DNA of 64,000 bases from Clostridia bacterium (GCA_017469545.1 JAFUGE010000006.1:95167-159166), one strand, 5' to 3'. Shown: positions 22,546-33,249, counted from the first letter of the stretch. The notes: a model not told the origin generated them from the letters alone. Translations and numbers: made by a program.

Positions 22546-23676
22546 ATGAAAAAATTTATTTCGATTTTGGTGCTGATAGTACTGAGCGCTTCTACCGTTC
22601 TTGGGGCTACGCAGACTCAATTGAATAACAAAAAAACGGAGTTAAATAATGCTAAGACTCAGCTAAATAATGTTAAGAAAGAAGAGAGCTCAACGCTAAA
22701 CCAGATTAACAATTTGGACCAAAGCATTAACTCTACTGAGACGCAGATTGAAAATACAGAAATTGAAATAGGAAGAATTGAAGAAAGTATTAAAATTACA
22801 GAACAAAATATTGAGTATGCCCAAAAGGAATATGACGAGAAGTATGCACTAAGAACAGAGAGAGTACTTGTTTATTACAAGCTTGGCGCAAGCTCTGTGT
22901 GGGACGTTGAATATTCTGTGGAAGACGAGACAGAGGCACTTCATTTGAAGAGACTCATGTGCAAAATAATGGATTATGATAATAATCTTGTGGACGAGTT
23001 GGAAGCAGACAGAATTGCTTTGGACGAAAAAAAGACTGCATTAGAAGAAGAGCAAGTAAGATGTGCCAATTTAAAGGCAGAATTGGAAGAGAAAAAACTA
23101 GCGTTAGAAGAGACAAGAGAAAAAAGGGTGGCCTATATGGCTGAGCTTAAATCTTCGGAGTCGGCGTTGTCAGCTTCTGTAGATAAGCTAAATGCAGAGG
23201 CGAAGGCTTTGGAGGCAGAACTTGCCAAAGCGGCTGCTAGCAGCTCTTCTACCAAATATACTGGTGGTTCTATGACATGGCCACTTCCTGGCTATTATAT
23301 TATTACATCGCCATTTGGCAATCGATTACACCCAATCCTTAAAGTGTATAAGTTACATACAGGTGTTGATATTGCGGGCGCTGGATGTAATGGGGCTTCT
23401 GTTGTGGCAGCCAATAGTGGAACAGTCATTAAAGCTACGTACAGCACAGCTTATGGAAATTATATTGTCATTGACCATGGCGGTGGAATCACGACGCTTT
23501 ATGCTCACTCTAGCAAGTTGCTAGTAAAGGCAGGCGATTACGTAACAAAAGGCCAAGAAATCATGAAAGTAGGAACAACAGGCTATTCTACAGGACCACA
23601 CTTACACTTTGAAGTAAGAGAGAATGGAACATATGTAAATCCGCTGGATGCTTCAAAAGGTTATTTAAAGAATTAA
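22546..23676 (+). CDS. coiled-coil M23 metallopeptidase (PcsB/EnvC-like)
   Basis: N-terminal signal and coiled coil, C-terminal HxxxD...HLHFE M23 domain. Conserved ftsEX-M23 arrangement. Confidence 0.8.
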   Translation: MKKFISILVLIVLSASTVLGATQTQLNNKKTELNNAKTQLNNVKKEESSTLNQINNLDQSINSTETQIENTEIEIGRIEESIKITEQNIEYAQKEYDEKYALRTERVLVYYKLGASSVWDVEYSVEDETEALHLKRLMCKIMDYDNNLVDELEADRIALDEKKTALEEEQVRCANLKAELEEKKLALEETREKRVAYMAELKSSESALSASVDKLNAEAKALEAELAKAAASSSSTKYTGGSMTWPLPGYYIITSPFGNRLHPILKVYKLHTGVDIAGAGCNGASVVAANSGTVIKATYSTAYGNYIVIDHGGGITTLYAHSSKLLVKAGDYVTKGQEIMKVGTTGYSTGPHLHFEVRENGTYVNPLDASKGYLKN

Positions 23677-23678
23677 TT

Positions 23679-23705
23679 TGTAGGGGCAGCGTATCACGCT
23701 GCCCG
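23679..23705 (+). repeat. REP-like repeat
   Basis: TGTAGGGGCAGCGTATCACGCTGCCCG. Confidence 0.85.
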
Positions 23706-23958
23706 TTTTTGTGAGATGCATATTTTTTGTTTGCCTTGCAATATACCACTTTTGACGCGAATTTTGTGTGAAAGATTGGCTAAATTTGACAGTTAACATA
23801 AAATATGATATAATATATTTGTTCCATAGGAACATTATTAAAATTGGCTGTTCCGTGCGTTTGGATGCTATTTTAACCCTTGTGTTGATAAAGAACATAA
23901 GATACGTTAATTTAGCTGAAAAAAGCCACTAGGAATGGTCAAAAAGGAGGTTTCCGTT

Positions 23959-24312
23959 ATGAAGATGCGGAAATTCGTAGCCATGTTTACTTTGCTAACC
24001 TTGGTGTTGGCGCTGACTGTGCCTGCTATGGCGGGGGATAATCCTCCGGAAGAACCAGAATTGCTAATTGTCAATCCGGAACCGGAATGGGTACAAGGCC
24101 CCGGGGTCATTTGGGTTACTCAGAGTGGAGTAGCTGCGTACCTCGAAAGCCAAGGAATCGAGGTAACTAACACCTGGGCAGCGAAGGATGCCATGGGCAT
24201 TGAACTTGCCAGTGGCTATGTTCTTTCCATTCCGGCAAAAGAAGATGGCATGATTCGGCTGGATTCGTTAAAAGACGTTATTTGGTCGAATTGGGAGGTA
24301 TTCTTCCGTTAA
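23959..24312 (+). CDS. small secreted hypothetical protein (117 aa) in a GC-rich (~50%) single-gene island
   Basis: Signal peptide MKMRKFVAMFTLLTLVLALTVPAMA. Strong promoter TTGACA-17-TGATATAAT at ~23789-23817 with a ~140-nt leader, and a GC-rich terminator. Confidence 0.5.
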   Translation: MKMRKFVAMFTLLTLVLALTVPAMAGDNPPEEPELLIVNPEPEWVQGPGVIWVTQSGVAAYLESQGIEVTNTWAAKDAMGIELASGYVLSIPAKEDGMIRLDSLKDVIWSNWEVFFR

Positions 24313-24363
24313 TGCGAAAAGCCCGCGGACGATAAGTTCGCGGGCTTCCTCCGTTTTAGATGG

Positions 24364-24390
24364 CGGGCGGCGTATTACGCCGCCCCTACG
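24364..24390 (-). repeat. REP-like repeat, inverse orientation
   Basis: CGGGCGGCGTATTACGCCGCCCCTACG. Confidence 0.8.
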
Positions 24391-24456
24391 AAACAAATGA
24401 ATTGATTTTCATTGATAGATATTATATACTATAGGCATGAACGGAGGGCGAAAATA

Positions 24457-25176
24457 ATGGAAAAAGTGGATGTTTTAGGCGTGAAATTTGATAATGTGAA
24501 TATGGAAGAGGCAATAGAGAGATGTAAAGAGTTTTTGAAAGGCGACCAGGGAAATTTGATTGTTACTCCAAACCCTGAAATCGTAATGATTGCGAAAGAT
24601 AATGAAGAGTTTAAAGAGATAATTAATCATGCAGCACTTGTGATTCCCGATGGAATCGGAATTATCAAGGCGGGGAATATTCTAGGAACTCCGCTTAAAG
24701 AGCGTGTTGCGGGCTACGATTTGATTTGTAATCTATTGGAATTAGGGAAAAACGGGAGCATTTCTTTCTATTTTTTGGGCAGCAAGCCAGGATATGCGGA
24801 AGAGGCAAAGCGAAAAATGGAAGAAAAATACCCAGATATTAGGATTTTAGGCACACATGATGGTTATTTCAAGCCCGAAGAAGAGGGAACCATTATGGAA
24901 GAAATTAAGTCTCTAAAACCAGATGTTCTGCTTGTGGGAATAGGAATGCAAAAGCAGGAAAAATTGATTAATAAGTACTTAAATGATGGTATTTTTAAAA
25001 TTGGAATCGGCTGTGGAGGCTCAATAGACGTGCTTTCCGGCAATGTCAAGAGGGCGCCAAAGCTATTTATTAAAATGCATATGGAATGGGCTTGGAGGCT
25101 ATTAAAAGAGCCTAGCAGACTTGGCAGAATGATGGTCTTGCCGAAGTTTTTACAAGAAGTGAAGAAAATTAAATAA
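24457..25176 (+). CDS. tagA: WecB/TagA/CpsF-family glycosyltransferase (UDP-ManNAc transferase TagA-like)
   Basis: LIVTPNPE and IPDGIG motifs of the family. Confidence 0.8.
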   Translation: MEKVDVLGVKFDNVNMEEAIERCKEFLKGDQGNLIVTPNPEIVMIAKDNEEFKEIINHAALVIPDGIGIIKAGNILGTPLKERVAGYDLICNLLELGKNGSISFYFLGSKPGYAEEAKRKMEEKYPDIRILGTHDGYFKPEEEGTIMEEIKSLKPDVLLVGIGMQKQEKLINKYLNDGIFKIGIGCGGSIDVLSGNVKRAPKLFIKMHMEWAWRLLKEPSRLGRMMVLPKFLQEVKKIK

Positions 25177-25177
25177 T

Positions 25178-25204
25178 GGTAGGGGCAGCGTATCACGCTG
25201 CCCG
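25178..25204 (+). repeat. REP-like repeat
   Basis: GGTAGGGGCAGCGTATCACGCTGCCCG. Confidence 0.85.
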
Positions 25205-25312
25205 TGCAATATGTCGGGATATTATTGCAGGCCGCACCCTACAAATTCACATAAAACCATTGAAAAATCCTGTATTTATAGTATAATATTATGGAAAAAT
25301 GATTAGGGGTGA

Positions 25313-25756
25313 TTGACTTTGATAGCAATTGGTTGTGACCATGGTGGATATATTTTGAAACAAAAAATAATGGATTATTATCGTGGGTTAGAGTTTAAGG
25401 ATTTTGGAACGATGTCAGAGGAATCTGTGGATTTCCCAGACTTTGCCATTCCGGTTGCGGAAAGTGTGGCAAGCGGAGAATGCGAAAAGGGAATTTTGCT
25501 ATGTCGCAGTGGGATTGGCATGTCTATTGCGGCGAATAAAGTAAAAGGAATTCGTTGCGCTTTGTGTTATAGCACGGCTACGGCTATTTCTGCAAAGAGG
25601 CATAATAACGCCAATGTGATTGCAGTTGGAGCAGACGAATTAGACTTTGAAGAAGTAAAAAATATTATTGATTTTTGGCTTAAGGAGGAATTCTTGGGTG
25701 GAAAATATCAGCTTAGACTAGACAAAATTAGTGAGTATGAAGAAAGAATGAGGTAA
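25313..25756 (+). CDS. rpiB: ribose-5-phosphate isomerase B (TTG start)
   Basis: IAIGCDHGG and CRSGIGMSIAANK motifs. Confidence 0.8.
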   Translation: MTLIAIGCDHGGYILKQKIMDYYRGLEFKDFGTMSEESVDFPDFAIPVAESVASGECEKGILLCRSGIGMSIAANKVKGIRCALCYSTATAISAKRHNNANVIAVGADELDFEEVKNIIDFWLKEEFLGGKYQLRLDKISEYEERMR

Positions 25757-25760
25757 TTTT

Positions 25761-27998
25761 ATGATTTTAAATATGGTAATAGCCTTTGTGGTTGCTGCGA
25801 TAGCCGCTGCAATATTTACGCCTTTTACGATTCGATTGGCGTATAGAGTTGGCGCTATTGACGTGCCAAAAGACGAAAGAAAGATACACAATAAGCCAAT
25901 TCCGAGAATTGGTGGTTTGGCATTTATTGGTGGTTTTTTCATTTCAACGGCGCTTATTTTTCTTTGCTGTGAAATCGATAAAACAATTAATTTTACCGAC
26001 GTGAATTTACTGGGCTTTTTTGCGGGAGCCATTATTATTGCCATTACAGGTTTTATAGACGACGTCAGAGATATCAAGCCATGGATGAAACTTTTAGGAC
26101 AAGCCTTGGCGGCCATTTGTGTTATTTTAAGTGGTGTTAGAATTGGATTTGTGAATATTCCTTTTTTTAATATTTACGGATTACATGAAGCAATTTCTAT
26201 TATTGTTACATTTTTCTGGATTATTGGCGTTACGAATGCCATTAATTTGATTGATGGCTTAGATGGCCTAGCGAGTGGTGTTTCGGCAATCGCTACGGTA
26301 TCACTTTTAGTGATTTTCCTATTAAACAATGCTGCAGAAATTCCACTTATCATTGTAGCAGCGTTGCTTGGAGCTTTAATTGGATTTTTGCCATACAATT
26401 TTAACCCAGCCAAAACTTTTATGGGCGATGCGGGCTCGAATTTCTTAGGATATACTTTGGCTACGATTTCTATGATGGGCATGGCAAAAACATATACAGC
26501 GATGGCAATCGTACTTCCAATTATTGTTTTGGCACTTCCGATTTTTGATACTTTATTTGCCATGGCGAGAAGGATTCTTTCTGGCAGATCTATTATGCAA
26601 GCTGACAGAGGGCATTTGCATCATAGATTGTTAGACGCAGGGCTTACACAAAAACAAGCCGTTTTGATTTTATATGCAGTGACAGCACTTCTTGGATTAT
26701 TTGCAATCGTGTTAATGCAGAGTAGTGTTTGGAAAGTGGTTGGCTTTCTTGCAATTATACTACTTCTTATTGTTTTGGAATCTAAGAATGTTTCAAACAG
26801 CAGAAGAAAAGTGATTGACTCTCCAGAGCCAGAGAATTTATCAAATGGTGGAAAGCTAAAAGTAATGACTGTTTTTGGTACGAGACCAGAAGCAATTAAG
26901 ATGTGTCCATTAGTGTTAAAGTTAAAAGAAAATCCGGAGATTAATACGGTGGTGTGCGTGACGGCACAACATAGACAAATGCTAGATCAAGTAATGGAAG
27001 CATTTGATGTTAATCCTGACTACGATTTAAATGTTATGAAAGATAAGCAAACATTATCTCATATTACAGCAGCTGTTTTAGAAGGACTTTTTGATGTCAT
27101 TAATCGAGAAAAGCCAGACATCATTTTAGTCCATGGTGATACAACGACGACTTTTGCTGCTGCACTGGCAGCCTTTTACACTAAAACAAAAGTGGGGCAT
27201 GTAGAAGCAGGGCTAAGAACTTATGATAAATATTCGCCATATCCAGAGGAGGCAAATAGACAAATGGTAACGAAACTAACAGACATCTATTTTGCACCAA
27301 CGGTGAATAACAAGAATAATTTGCTAAAAGAAATGATTGACGAAGATTTGATTTACGTTACAGGAAATACGGTAATTGACGCACTTAAGACTACAGTAAG
27401 AGAAGATTATACCTTTGACCATCCCGTACTTTCTCAAATCGATTTTCATAAAAAAGTAATTTTTATGACAGCGCATAGAAGAGAAAATCTTGGCGAGCCT
27501 CTAAGAAATATATGTGAGGCAGTAAAAGAGATTGCAGTAAATAACCCTGAGGTAGAAGTGGTATATCCAGTGCATTTAAACCCTGCTGTGCAAGAAGTGG
27601 CGCATGGCGTGCTTGACAACATTCCAAATGTGCATTTGATTGAACCGCTTGATGTCATGACAACACATAATTTGATTAATCAATCGACATTAGTGCTTAC
27701 TGATTCTGGCGGCATTCAAGAAGAGGCACCATCTCTTGGCAAACCTGTATTAGTACTTAGAAGCGAGACGGAAAGACCAGAAGCAGTAGAAGCAGGAACG
27801 GTTAAAATAGTAGGAACCAACAAAGAATTAATTGTGAGCGAAACACAAAAACTATTATCTGATAGTTATGAGTATATGAAAATGAGCAAGGCTGCTAATC
27901 CTTATGGAGATGGAGAAGCTTGCGGCAGAATTGTGGACGCAATTTTGCATTACTTTGGTTTAAAAGAAGAAAGACCAAAAGATATTTATGAGGGCTAG
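25761..27998 (+). CDS. fusion protein: N-terminal MraY/WecA-family UDP-GlcNAc:undecaprenyl-phosphate GlcNAc-1-P transferase (TagO-like) + C-terminal UDP-GlcNAc 2-epimerase (MnaA/WecB)
   Basis: Residues 1-340 hold ~10 TM helices and the DDxxD motif FIDDVRD. From ~aa 365 the sequence KVMTVFGTRPEAIKMCP...HVEAGLRT is the non-hydrolysing 2-epimerase. One uninterrupted 745-aa frame. Confidence 0.75.
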   Translation: MILNMVIAFVVAAIAAAIFTPFTIRLAYRVGAIDVPKDERKIHNKPIPRIGGLAFIGGFFISTALIFLCCEIDKTINFTDVNLLGFFAGAIIIAITGFIDDVRDIKPWMKLLGQALAAICVILSGVRIGFVNIPFFNIYGLHEAISIIVTFFWIIGVTNAINLIDGLDGLASGVSAIATVSLLVIFLLNNAAEIPLIIVAALLGALIGFLPYNFNPAKTFMGDAGSNFLGYTLATISMMGMAKTYTAMAIVLPIIVLALPIFDTLFAMARRILSGRSIMQADRGHLHHRLLDAGLTQKQAVLILYAVTALLGLFAIVLMQSSVWKVVGFLAIILLLIVLESKNVSNSRRKVIDSPEPENLSNGGKLKVMTVFGTRPEAIKMCPLVLKLKENPEINTVVCVTAQHRQMLDQVMEAFDVNPDYDLNVMKDKQTLSHITAAVLEGLFDVINREKPDIILVHGDTTTTFAAALAAFYTKTKVGHVEAGLRTYDKYSPYPEEANRQMVTKLTDIYFAPTVNNKNNLLKEMIDEDLIYVTGNTVIDALKTTVREDYTFDHPVLSQIDFHKKVIFMTAHRRENLGEPLRNICEAVKEIAVNNPEVEVVYPVHLNPAVQEVAHGVLDNIPNVHLIEPLDVMTTHNLINQSTLVLTDSGGIQEEAPSLGKPVLVLRSETERPEAVEAGTVKIVGTNKELIVSETQKLLSDSYEYMKMSKAANPYGDGEACGRIVDAILHYFGLKEERPKDIYEG

Positions 27999-28007
27999 GC
28001 AATGTGC

Positions 28008-28058
28008 GGTAGGGGCAGCGTATTACGCTGCCCGTCACGCTGCCCGTCGCGCTGCCCG
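28008..28058 (+). repeat. REP-like repeat with two extra tandem half-arms
   Basis: GGTAGGGGCAGCGTATTACGCTGCCCG-TCACGCTGCCCG-TCGCGCTGCCCG. Confidence 0.8.
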
Positions 28059-28083
28059 ATTATCGATATTGGAGGATAAATGT

Positions 28084-29361
28084 ATGACAGCACGAGAACT
28101 GGTAGTAAATTTGCTGTATAAAATTGAAGTGGGCGAGGCTTATTCGAATACCACACTCGATAAAGAATTAAATAAAAGCGATTTGAGCAGAGAAGATAAG
28201 GCACTTGCTTCTCAAATTTTTTACGGTGTTCTAACTTGGAAATTGACGATAGACGAAATTATCAAACAATATTCAAATATTAGATTAAAAAAGATTTCTC
28301 CTTGGATTTTAAATATCCTAAGGATTGCCATTTATCAAATTGTTTGGCTTGATAAAATTCCGGTAAGTGCCGCAGTCAATGAGAGCGTGAATCTTGCCAA
28401 GAAATATGGCCATCCAGCCTCGGTAAGTTTTACCAATGCCATTTTAAGAAAAGTAAGCAAAGATGAGCTGGATAAACTCTTTACATACTTGCAAAAAAAG
28501 ATTTTAACGGAAGACGAAATTATTGCAATTACAACTTCGCATCCACAATGGTTAGTGGCCGAACTATTGAAAGAATATGATATCAAATTTGTGACAGAGC
28601 TATTAGACGCCAACAATCAAATTCCTGAAACAACACTAAGAGTCAATACGCTAAAGACAACAGTGGACGAAGTGAAGAAACTGTTGGATTTAAAAAGGAT
28701 AGACTGCAAGAAAGGTAATCTGCCAGATAGTATTATTGCGAAAAAAATCAATGAATTTGATACACCACTTTATGTGGTACAAGACGAAGCGGCGCAGCTT
28801 GCTTGCATTATGCTAGCACCAAAAGAAGGAGAGTTGGTTTTAGATGCTTGCAGTGCTCCAGGAGGAAAAACTACTTATCTTGCACAGCTTATGAATAATA
28901 AGGGAGAGATTGATGCTTGGGATATTCATGAGCACCGTGTAAAATTAGTGGAAGAAACGGCAAAGAGATTGGGAGTAGAAATTATATCTGTGAAAGTCAA
29001 TGACGCGACAATCTATGATACTTATTGTTTTGAAAAGTATGATAAGATTTTATTAGATGTGCCTTGCAGTGGAATTGGTGTAATTAGAAAAAAGCCAGAA
29101 ATCAAGTGGACAAGAAAAGAAGAGGATATTCCGGAATTAGTAAAAATTCAAGCGCAAATTTTGGATAACGGCGCAAGATATTTAAAACGTGGCGGAACGT
29201 TAATATATAGTACTTGCACTGTATTGAAGCAAGAAAACGAAGAACAAATTCAGAAATTCTTAAGTAATCATAAAGATTTTGAATTGGTAGAAGAAAAGAA
29301 ATTATATCCACACATCGACAACACAGACGGCTTCTACATCGCGAAGCTGGCTAGGAGGTAG
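28084..29361 (+). CDS. rsmB: 16S rRNA m5C967 methyltransferase RsmB/Sun
   Basis: N-terminal NusB-like domain and C-terminal SAM methyltransferase (DACSAPGGKT). Start at MTAREL has an RBS; the longer ORF reads through the repeat. Confidence 0.85.
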   Translation: MTARELVVNLLYKIEVGEAYSNTTLDKELNKSDLSREDKALASQIFYGVLTWKLTIDEIIKQYSNIRLKKISPWILNILRIAIYQIVWLDKIPVSAAVNESVNLAKKYGHPASVSFTNAILRKVSKDELDKLFTYLQKKILTEDEIIAITTSHPQWLVAELLKEYDIKFVTELLDANNQIPETTLRVNTLKTTVDEVKKLLDLKRIDCKKGNLPDSIIAKKINEFDTPLYVVQDEAAQLACIMLAPKEGELVLDACSAPGGKTTYLAQLMNNKGEIDAWDIHEHRVKLVEETAKRLGVEIISVKVNDATIYDTYCFEKYDKILLDVPCSGIGVIRKKPEIKWTRKEEDIPELVKIQAQILDNGARYLKRGGTLIYSTCTVLKQENEEQIQKFLSNHKDFELVEEKKLYPHIDNTDGFYIAKLARR

Positions 29362-29363
29362 AA

Positions 29364-30380
29364 ATGAAAAACCTAAGAGACCTTTATTTATCAGAAATTG
29401 AAGAAGAACTTGTGAATATGGGAGAAAAGAAATATCGCGCGAAGCAAATTTTTGCTTGGCTTTATCGAGGCGTGGATTCTTTCGACGAAATGACGGATTT
29501 ATCAAAAGATTTGATTCAGAAATTAAAAGAGAATTACGAAATCAAATGCCTTGAAGTTGCCAAATTTCAAAAGTCCAAAGATGGTACCATTAAATATTTG
29601 ATGGAGCTAAAAGATGGCAATGCGGTAGAGAGCGTTTTAATGAAGTACAAGTATGGAAATACGGCTTGTCTATCCAATCAAATAGGTTGCAAAATGGGCT
29701 GCAATTTTTGCGCGTCTGCTAAGATTGGATTTGTTAGAAATTTAACGCCAGGAGAAATTATTTCTCAGATTTTAGAAATTGAAAAACATAGTGGTGAGAA
29801 AATTTCAAATATTGTTTTTATGGGGATTGGAGAACCGCTTGATAATTATGATAATGTTATGAAAGCAATTCGTCTTATTAATGACCCGAAAGGACTAAAC
29901 ATTGGCGCAAGACATATTAGCATTTCTACTTGCGGATTGGTGCCAAATATTATTAGACTTGCAGACGAGAATATGCAATGCAATCTTTGCATTTCGCTTC
30001 ACAGCAGTAAGGACGATGTGAGATCTTCCATGATGCCGATTAACAATCGATATTCGATTGCAGAAGTGATGGAGGCGTGCAAAGAATATATTCAAAAGAC
30101 GAATAGAAGAATTACTTTTGAATATGCTTTAGTGGACGGGGTAAATGATTCGCTAGCAGATGCAGATCATTTAGCAAAGCTACTTCGTGGAATGCTTTGC
30201 CACGTAAATTTAATCCCTATTAATAAGATTAAAGGCGGAAATTATGAGAAGAGTAGTACAGAAAAAATACTAGCTTTTCGTGATTATTTGAATGATAAAG
30301 GAATTGTAGCAACCGTAAGAAGAGAACTTGGCTCCGATATTGATGCGGCCTGCGGCCAACTCGTGCGCAGTCAAAAGTAG
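29364..30380 (+). CDS. rlmN: 23S rRNA/tRNA m2A methyltransferase RlmN (radical SAM)
   Basis: CxxxCxxC cluster CKMGCNFCA and the conserved C-terminal Cys. Confidence 0.9.
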   Translation: MKNLRDLYLSEIEEELVNMGEKKYRAKQIFAWLYRGVDSFDEMTDLSKDLIQKLKENYEIKCLEVAKFQKSKDGTIKYLMELKDGNAVESVLMKYKYGNTACLSNQIGCKMGCNFCASAKIGFVRNLTPGEIISQILEIEKHSGEKISNIVFMGIGEPLDNYDNVMKAIRLINDPKGLNIGARHISISTCGLVPNIIRLADENMQCNLCISLHSSKDDVRSSMMPINNRYSIAEVMEACKEYIQKTNRRITFEYALVDGVNDSLADADHLAKLLRGMLCHVNLIPINKIKGGNYEKSSTEKILAFRDYLNDKGIVATVRRELGSDIDAACGQLVRSQK

Positions 30381-30451
30381 AAAACGAAAATTTTGTAGAC
30401 AAATATCAATTTTACATATATAATAAACGTGACGATAAATCAGAAATTGAG

Positions 30452-31201
30452 GTGAGAAATTTGCGCTTTTATGGACTTACAGATCGAGGTAAACAAAGAG
30501 AGAATAACGAAGATTGCATTTACGTTTGCAATGTGACCGACGACTTAAAGCTTTTTATTATGGCTGACGGAATGGGCGGAGCTAACGCCGGCGAGGTTGC
30601 AAGTAAAGATGCAATAGAATGTGTGGAAGGATATATTCAGTCTGAGTTTCCTAAAATCCAGCCTGAGAAGGAGCAAATTGAAAATTTAATTAGAACGGCA
30701 ATTGAACGCGCGAATAAATATATATTTGAAAAATCAAAAACGATGCCAGAGTATAAAGGGATGGGCACAACGATTGTCGTTGTGATTGTATATAAAGGCA
30801 AGGCATATATTGGGCACGTTGGCGATAGTAGAGTATATCGATTTAGAAAACACATCATTAGGCAGCTAACGAAGGATCATTCCTACGTACAGGCCTTGGT
30901 GAAAGAAGGTACCATTACAAGGGAGGAAGCCAGAAACCATCCACAGAAAAATGTATTGTTAAAAGTTTTGGGTGGCGAGAAAACGGTTGAGCCGGATGTC
31001 ATTACGAAGGGGTTTGTCAAGGACGACATACTTTTAATTTGCACGGACGGATTAACGAACATGTTGGAAGAGAAAGACATTTATGAGACAATTATGAAGC
31101 ATAAGGATTATTTAAAAAATGCTTGTAAAGCGCTAATAGATAATGCCAATATGCTTGGCGGTTATGATAATATCAGTGTAATACTAATTTCTAATGACTA
31201 G
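30452..31201 (+). CDS. stp: PP2C-family Ser/Thr phosphatase (Stp/PrpC)
   Basis: MADGMGG and GDSR motifs. Precedes prkC. Confidence 0.85.
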   Translation: MRNLRFYGLTDRGKQRENNEDCIYVCNVTDDLKLFIMADGMGGANAGEVASKDAIECVEGYIQSEFPKIQPEKEQIENLIRTAIERANKYIFEKSKTMPEYKGMGTTIVVVIVYKGKAYIGHVGDSRVYRFRKHIIRQLTKDHSYVQALVKEGTITREEARNHPQKNVLLKVLGGEKTVEPDVITKGFVKDDILLICTDGLTNMLEEKDIYETIMKHKDYLKNACKALIDNANMLGGYDNISVILISND

Positions 31202-31215
31202 CGGAGGTTAATAGT

Positions 31216-33249
31216 ATGGAAATGATCGGAAAAGTTTTAGGAAATAGATATGAGATAAAGGAACTTATTGGCACAGGCGGAATGGCTACTGTGTATAAAG
31301 CAGGAGATAAACTTTTAAATAGAAATGTTGCTGTCAAAATTTTAAAAGACGAATTTGCTAACGATGCAGAATTTTTAAAACGCTTTCAAGTAGAGGCGCA
31401 AGCAGCGGCAAGTTTATCACATCCTAATATCGTTTCGATTTATGATGTAGGAGATCAAAACGAGCTTCATTACATTGTAATGGAATTGATTAATGGAAAA
31501 ACGCTAAAAGAATTGATTAAAGAAAAAGGAAGACTTCCTTGGAAAGAGGCAGTACGAATTGCATCTCAAATTGCTTCTGGCTTGGAACAAGCACATAAAA
31601 ATCATATCATTCATAGAGATATCAAACCACACAATATTATCATGACGAAAGATGGTGTGGCAAAGATTACAGATTTCGGAATTGCAAAAGCGGTATCTAA
31701 TTCTACGATTAATGCTTTTGGAACAACAGTAGGAAGCGTACATTATTTTTCGCCAGAGCATGCAAGAGGTGGCTACACAGACGAGAAGTCAGATATCTAT
31801 TCTCTAGGTGTTGTACTTTATGAAATGCTGACAGGCAAGCTTCCGTTTGATGCAGAAACACCAGTGAGCGTTGCACTAAAACATCTGCAAGAAACTCCAG
31901 TAGAGCCATCAGAGCTTGTTCCTGATATACCGCTTGGCGTTAACAATATTGTTATGAGAGCAATGCAAAAAGATGTCAATGAAAGATATGCATCTGCTAC
32001 GGCAATGTACAATGATTTGCAAAAGACGCTTAGAACGCCTGGTGGCGATATGTCAGCGACAATTACCTTGGATGGAAGAAGAGATTTTCCAACACAAAAA
32101 GTTCCAATTGTTGGTGCTGTGAGAAATGATGTGGAAGAAAAGCATGTGCAAAAAAATGTAAAGTATGGTGAGGACGATATGGGTAGTAGAAAAGGAAAGA
32201 AAACAAAAAAGCAAGCTGTAACAAAATTATTAATATTTATTTTGCTTGCAATAGCTTTGTTCTGTGGAGCATTTACGATAGCACTAAAAGTTGCTCCAGC
32301 AATATTTGGTGAGAGTAATCCGGAAGTTCCAAGTATTGTTGGACTTCATAAAGACGAGGCGCAAAAGCTATTAGAAGAAAGAGGACTAAAAATGGAAGTA
32401 CAATCTACTTCTGCAAGTAGTGAGTATCCAAAAGACTATGTCACATATCAGCAATATGCAGAAGGCTTTGGTTTAAAGAAAGGCGCTACGGTTGGTGTTA
32501 GAATTAGTAAAGGCGCTGAAACAGTATTTGTGCCAAATGTTACGACTATGACAGTCGAGGCTGCTAAGATTGAAATCGAGAAATATAATTTAGTATATAA
32601 AGAAGAAACAGAAGCAAGCAACACTGTCCCGAAGGGAAGTATTACAAGGCAATTACCTGTATTCAATACAGAAGTAGAAGTTGGTGCAACTGTTACCGTA
32701 TATATCAGCGCTGGTCCAGTAGATGGAATGATGGAGACACCTAATGTAGTTGGTCAAACAGAAGCAGCAGCGAGAGAAATTTTAGTAGCAGCAAACCTAG
32801 TTCCTAAGGTAGAGTACGTCAAGAGCCCTACAGGAAAAGAGGGAGAGGTTATTAGCCAATCACCTGAAAAAGGCGAGTTTATTTCTGAGTTAACAGAGGT
32901 TGTTATCATTGTCAATAAGCAAGAAGAAGAACCTACTACTCCTAATAATAATGATAACATTACTGGTAATAACAATCAAACAGGAAATGGCAACGGAAAT
33001 GGTACAACGACGAAGCCTACGACGAATGCTAAAACAATTTCTATTGACTTATCCAACAAAGGTACAAGAGATACGTTTGTTGTAAAAGTAGAATTACAAA
33101 GTTCAAAAATAGGAACAAAGATATTACATGAAGAAGTACATCAAAGAAAAGACGGAAAGATAACCGTGGAATTACCAGATGGTTCTGAAGGCAGTATGAT
33201 TAAAGTATATATTGACGATAATCTTGATTCTGAAATGATTGTCAAATAA
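31216..33249 (+). CDS. prkC: Hanks-type Ser/Thr kinase with PASTA repeats (PrkC)
   Basis: GxGxxAxV, HRDIKP and DFG motifs. TM segment, PASTA domains, then an Asn/Gly/Thr-rich C-terminal low-complexity tail. Confidence 0.85.
   Translation: MEMIGKVLGNRYEIKELIGTGGMATVYKAGDKLLNRNVAVKILKDEFANDAEFLKRFQVEAQAAASLSHPNIVSIYDVGDQNELHYIVMELINGKTLKELIKEKGRLPWKEAVRIASQIASGLEQAHKNHIIHRDIKPHNIIMTKDGVAKITDFGIAKAVSNSTINAFGTTVGSVHYFSPEHARGGYTDEKSDIYSLGVVLYEMLTGKLPFDAETPVSVALKHLQETPVEPSELVPDIPLGVNNIVMRAMQKDVNERYASATAMYNDLQKTLRTPGGDMSATITLDGRRDFPTQKVPIVGAVRNDVEEKHVQKNVKYGEDDMGSRKGKKTKKQAVTKLLIFILLAIALFCGAFTIALKVAPAIFGESNPEVPSIVGLHKDEAQKLLEERGLKMEVQSTSASSEYPKDYVTYQQYAEGFGLKKGATVGVRISKGAETVFVPNVTTMTVEAAKIEIEKYNLVYKEETEASNTVPKGSITRQLPVFNTEVEVGATVTVYISAGPVDGMMETPNVVGQTEAAAREILVAANLVPKVEYVKSPTGKEGEVISQSPEKGEFISELTEVVIIVNKQEEEPTTPNNNDNITGNNNQTGNGNGNGTTTKPTTNAKTISIDLSNKGTRDTFVVKVELQSSKIGTKILHEEVHQRKDGKITVELPDGSEGSMIKVYIDDNLDSEMIVK

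Noticed and set aside
27988-28083. Ala/Arg-rich N-terminal extension of rsmB (MRARQCAVGAAYYAARHAARRAARLS...)
   Set aside because: It is a translation of the REP-like repeat and its half-arm expansions. An internal ATG at 28084 has a good RBS.
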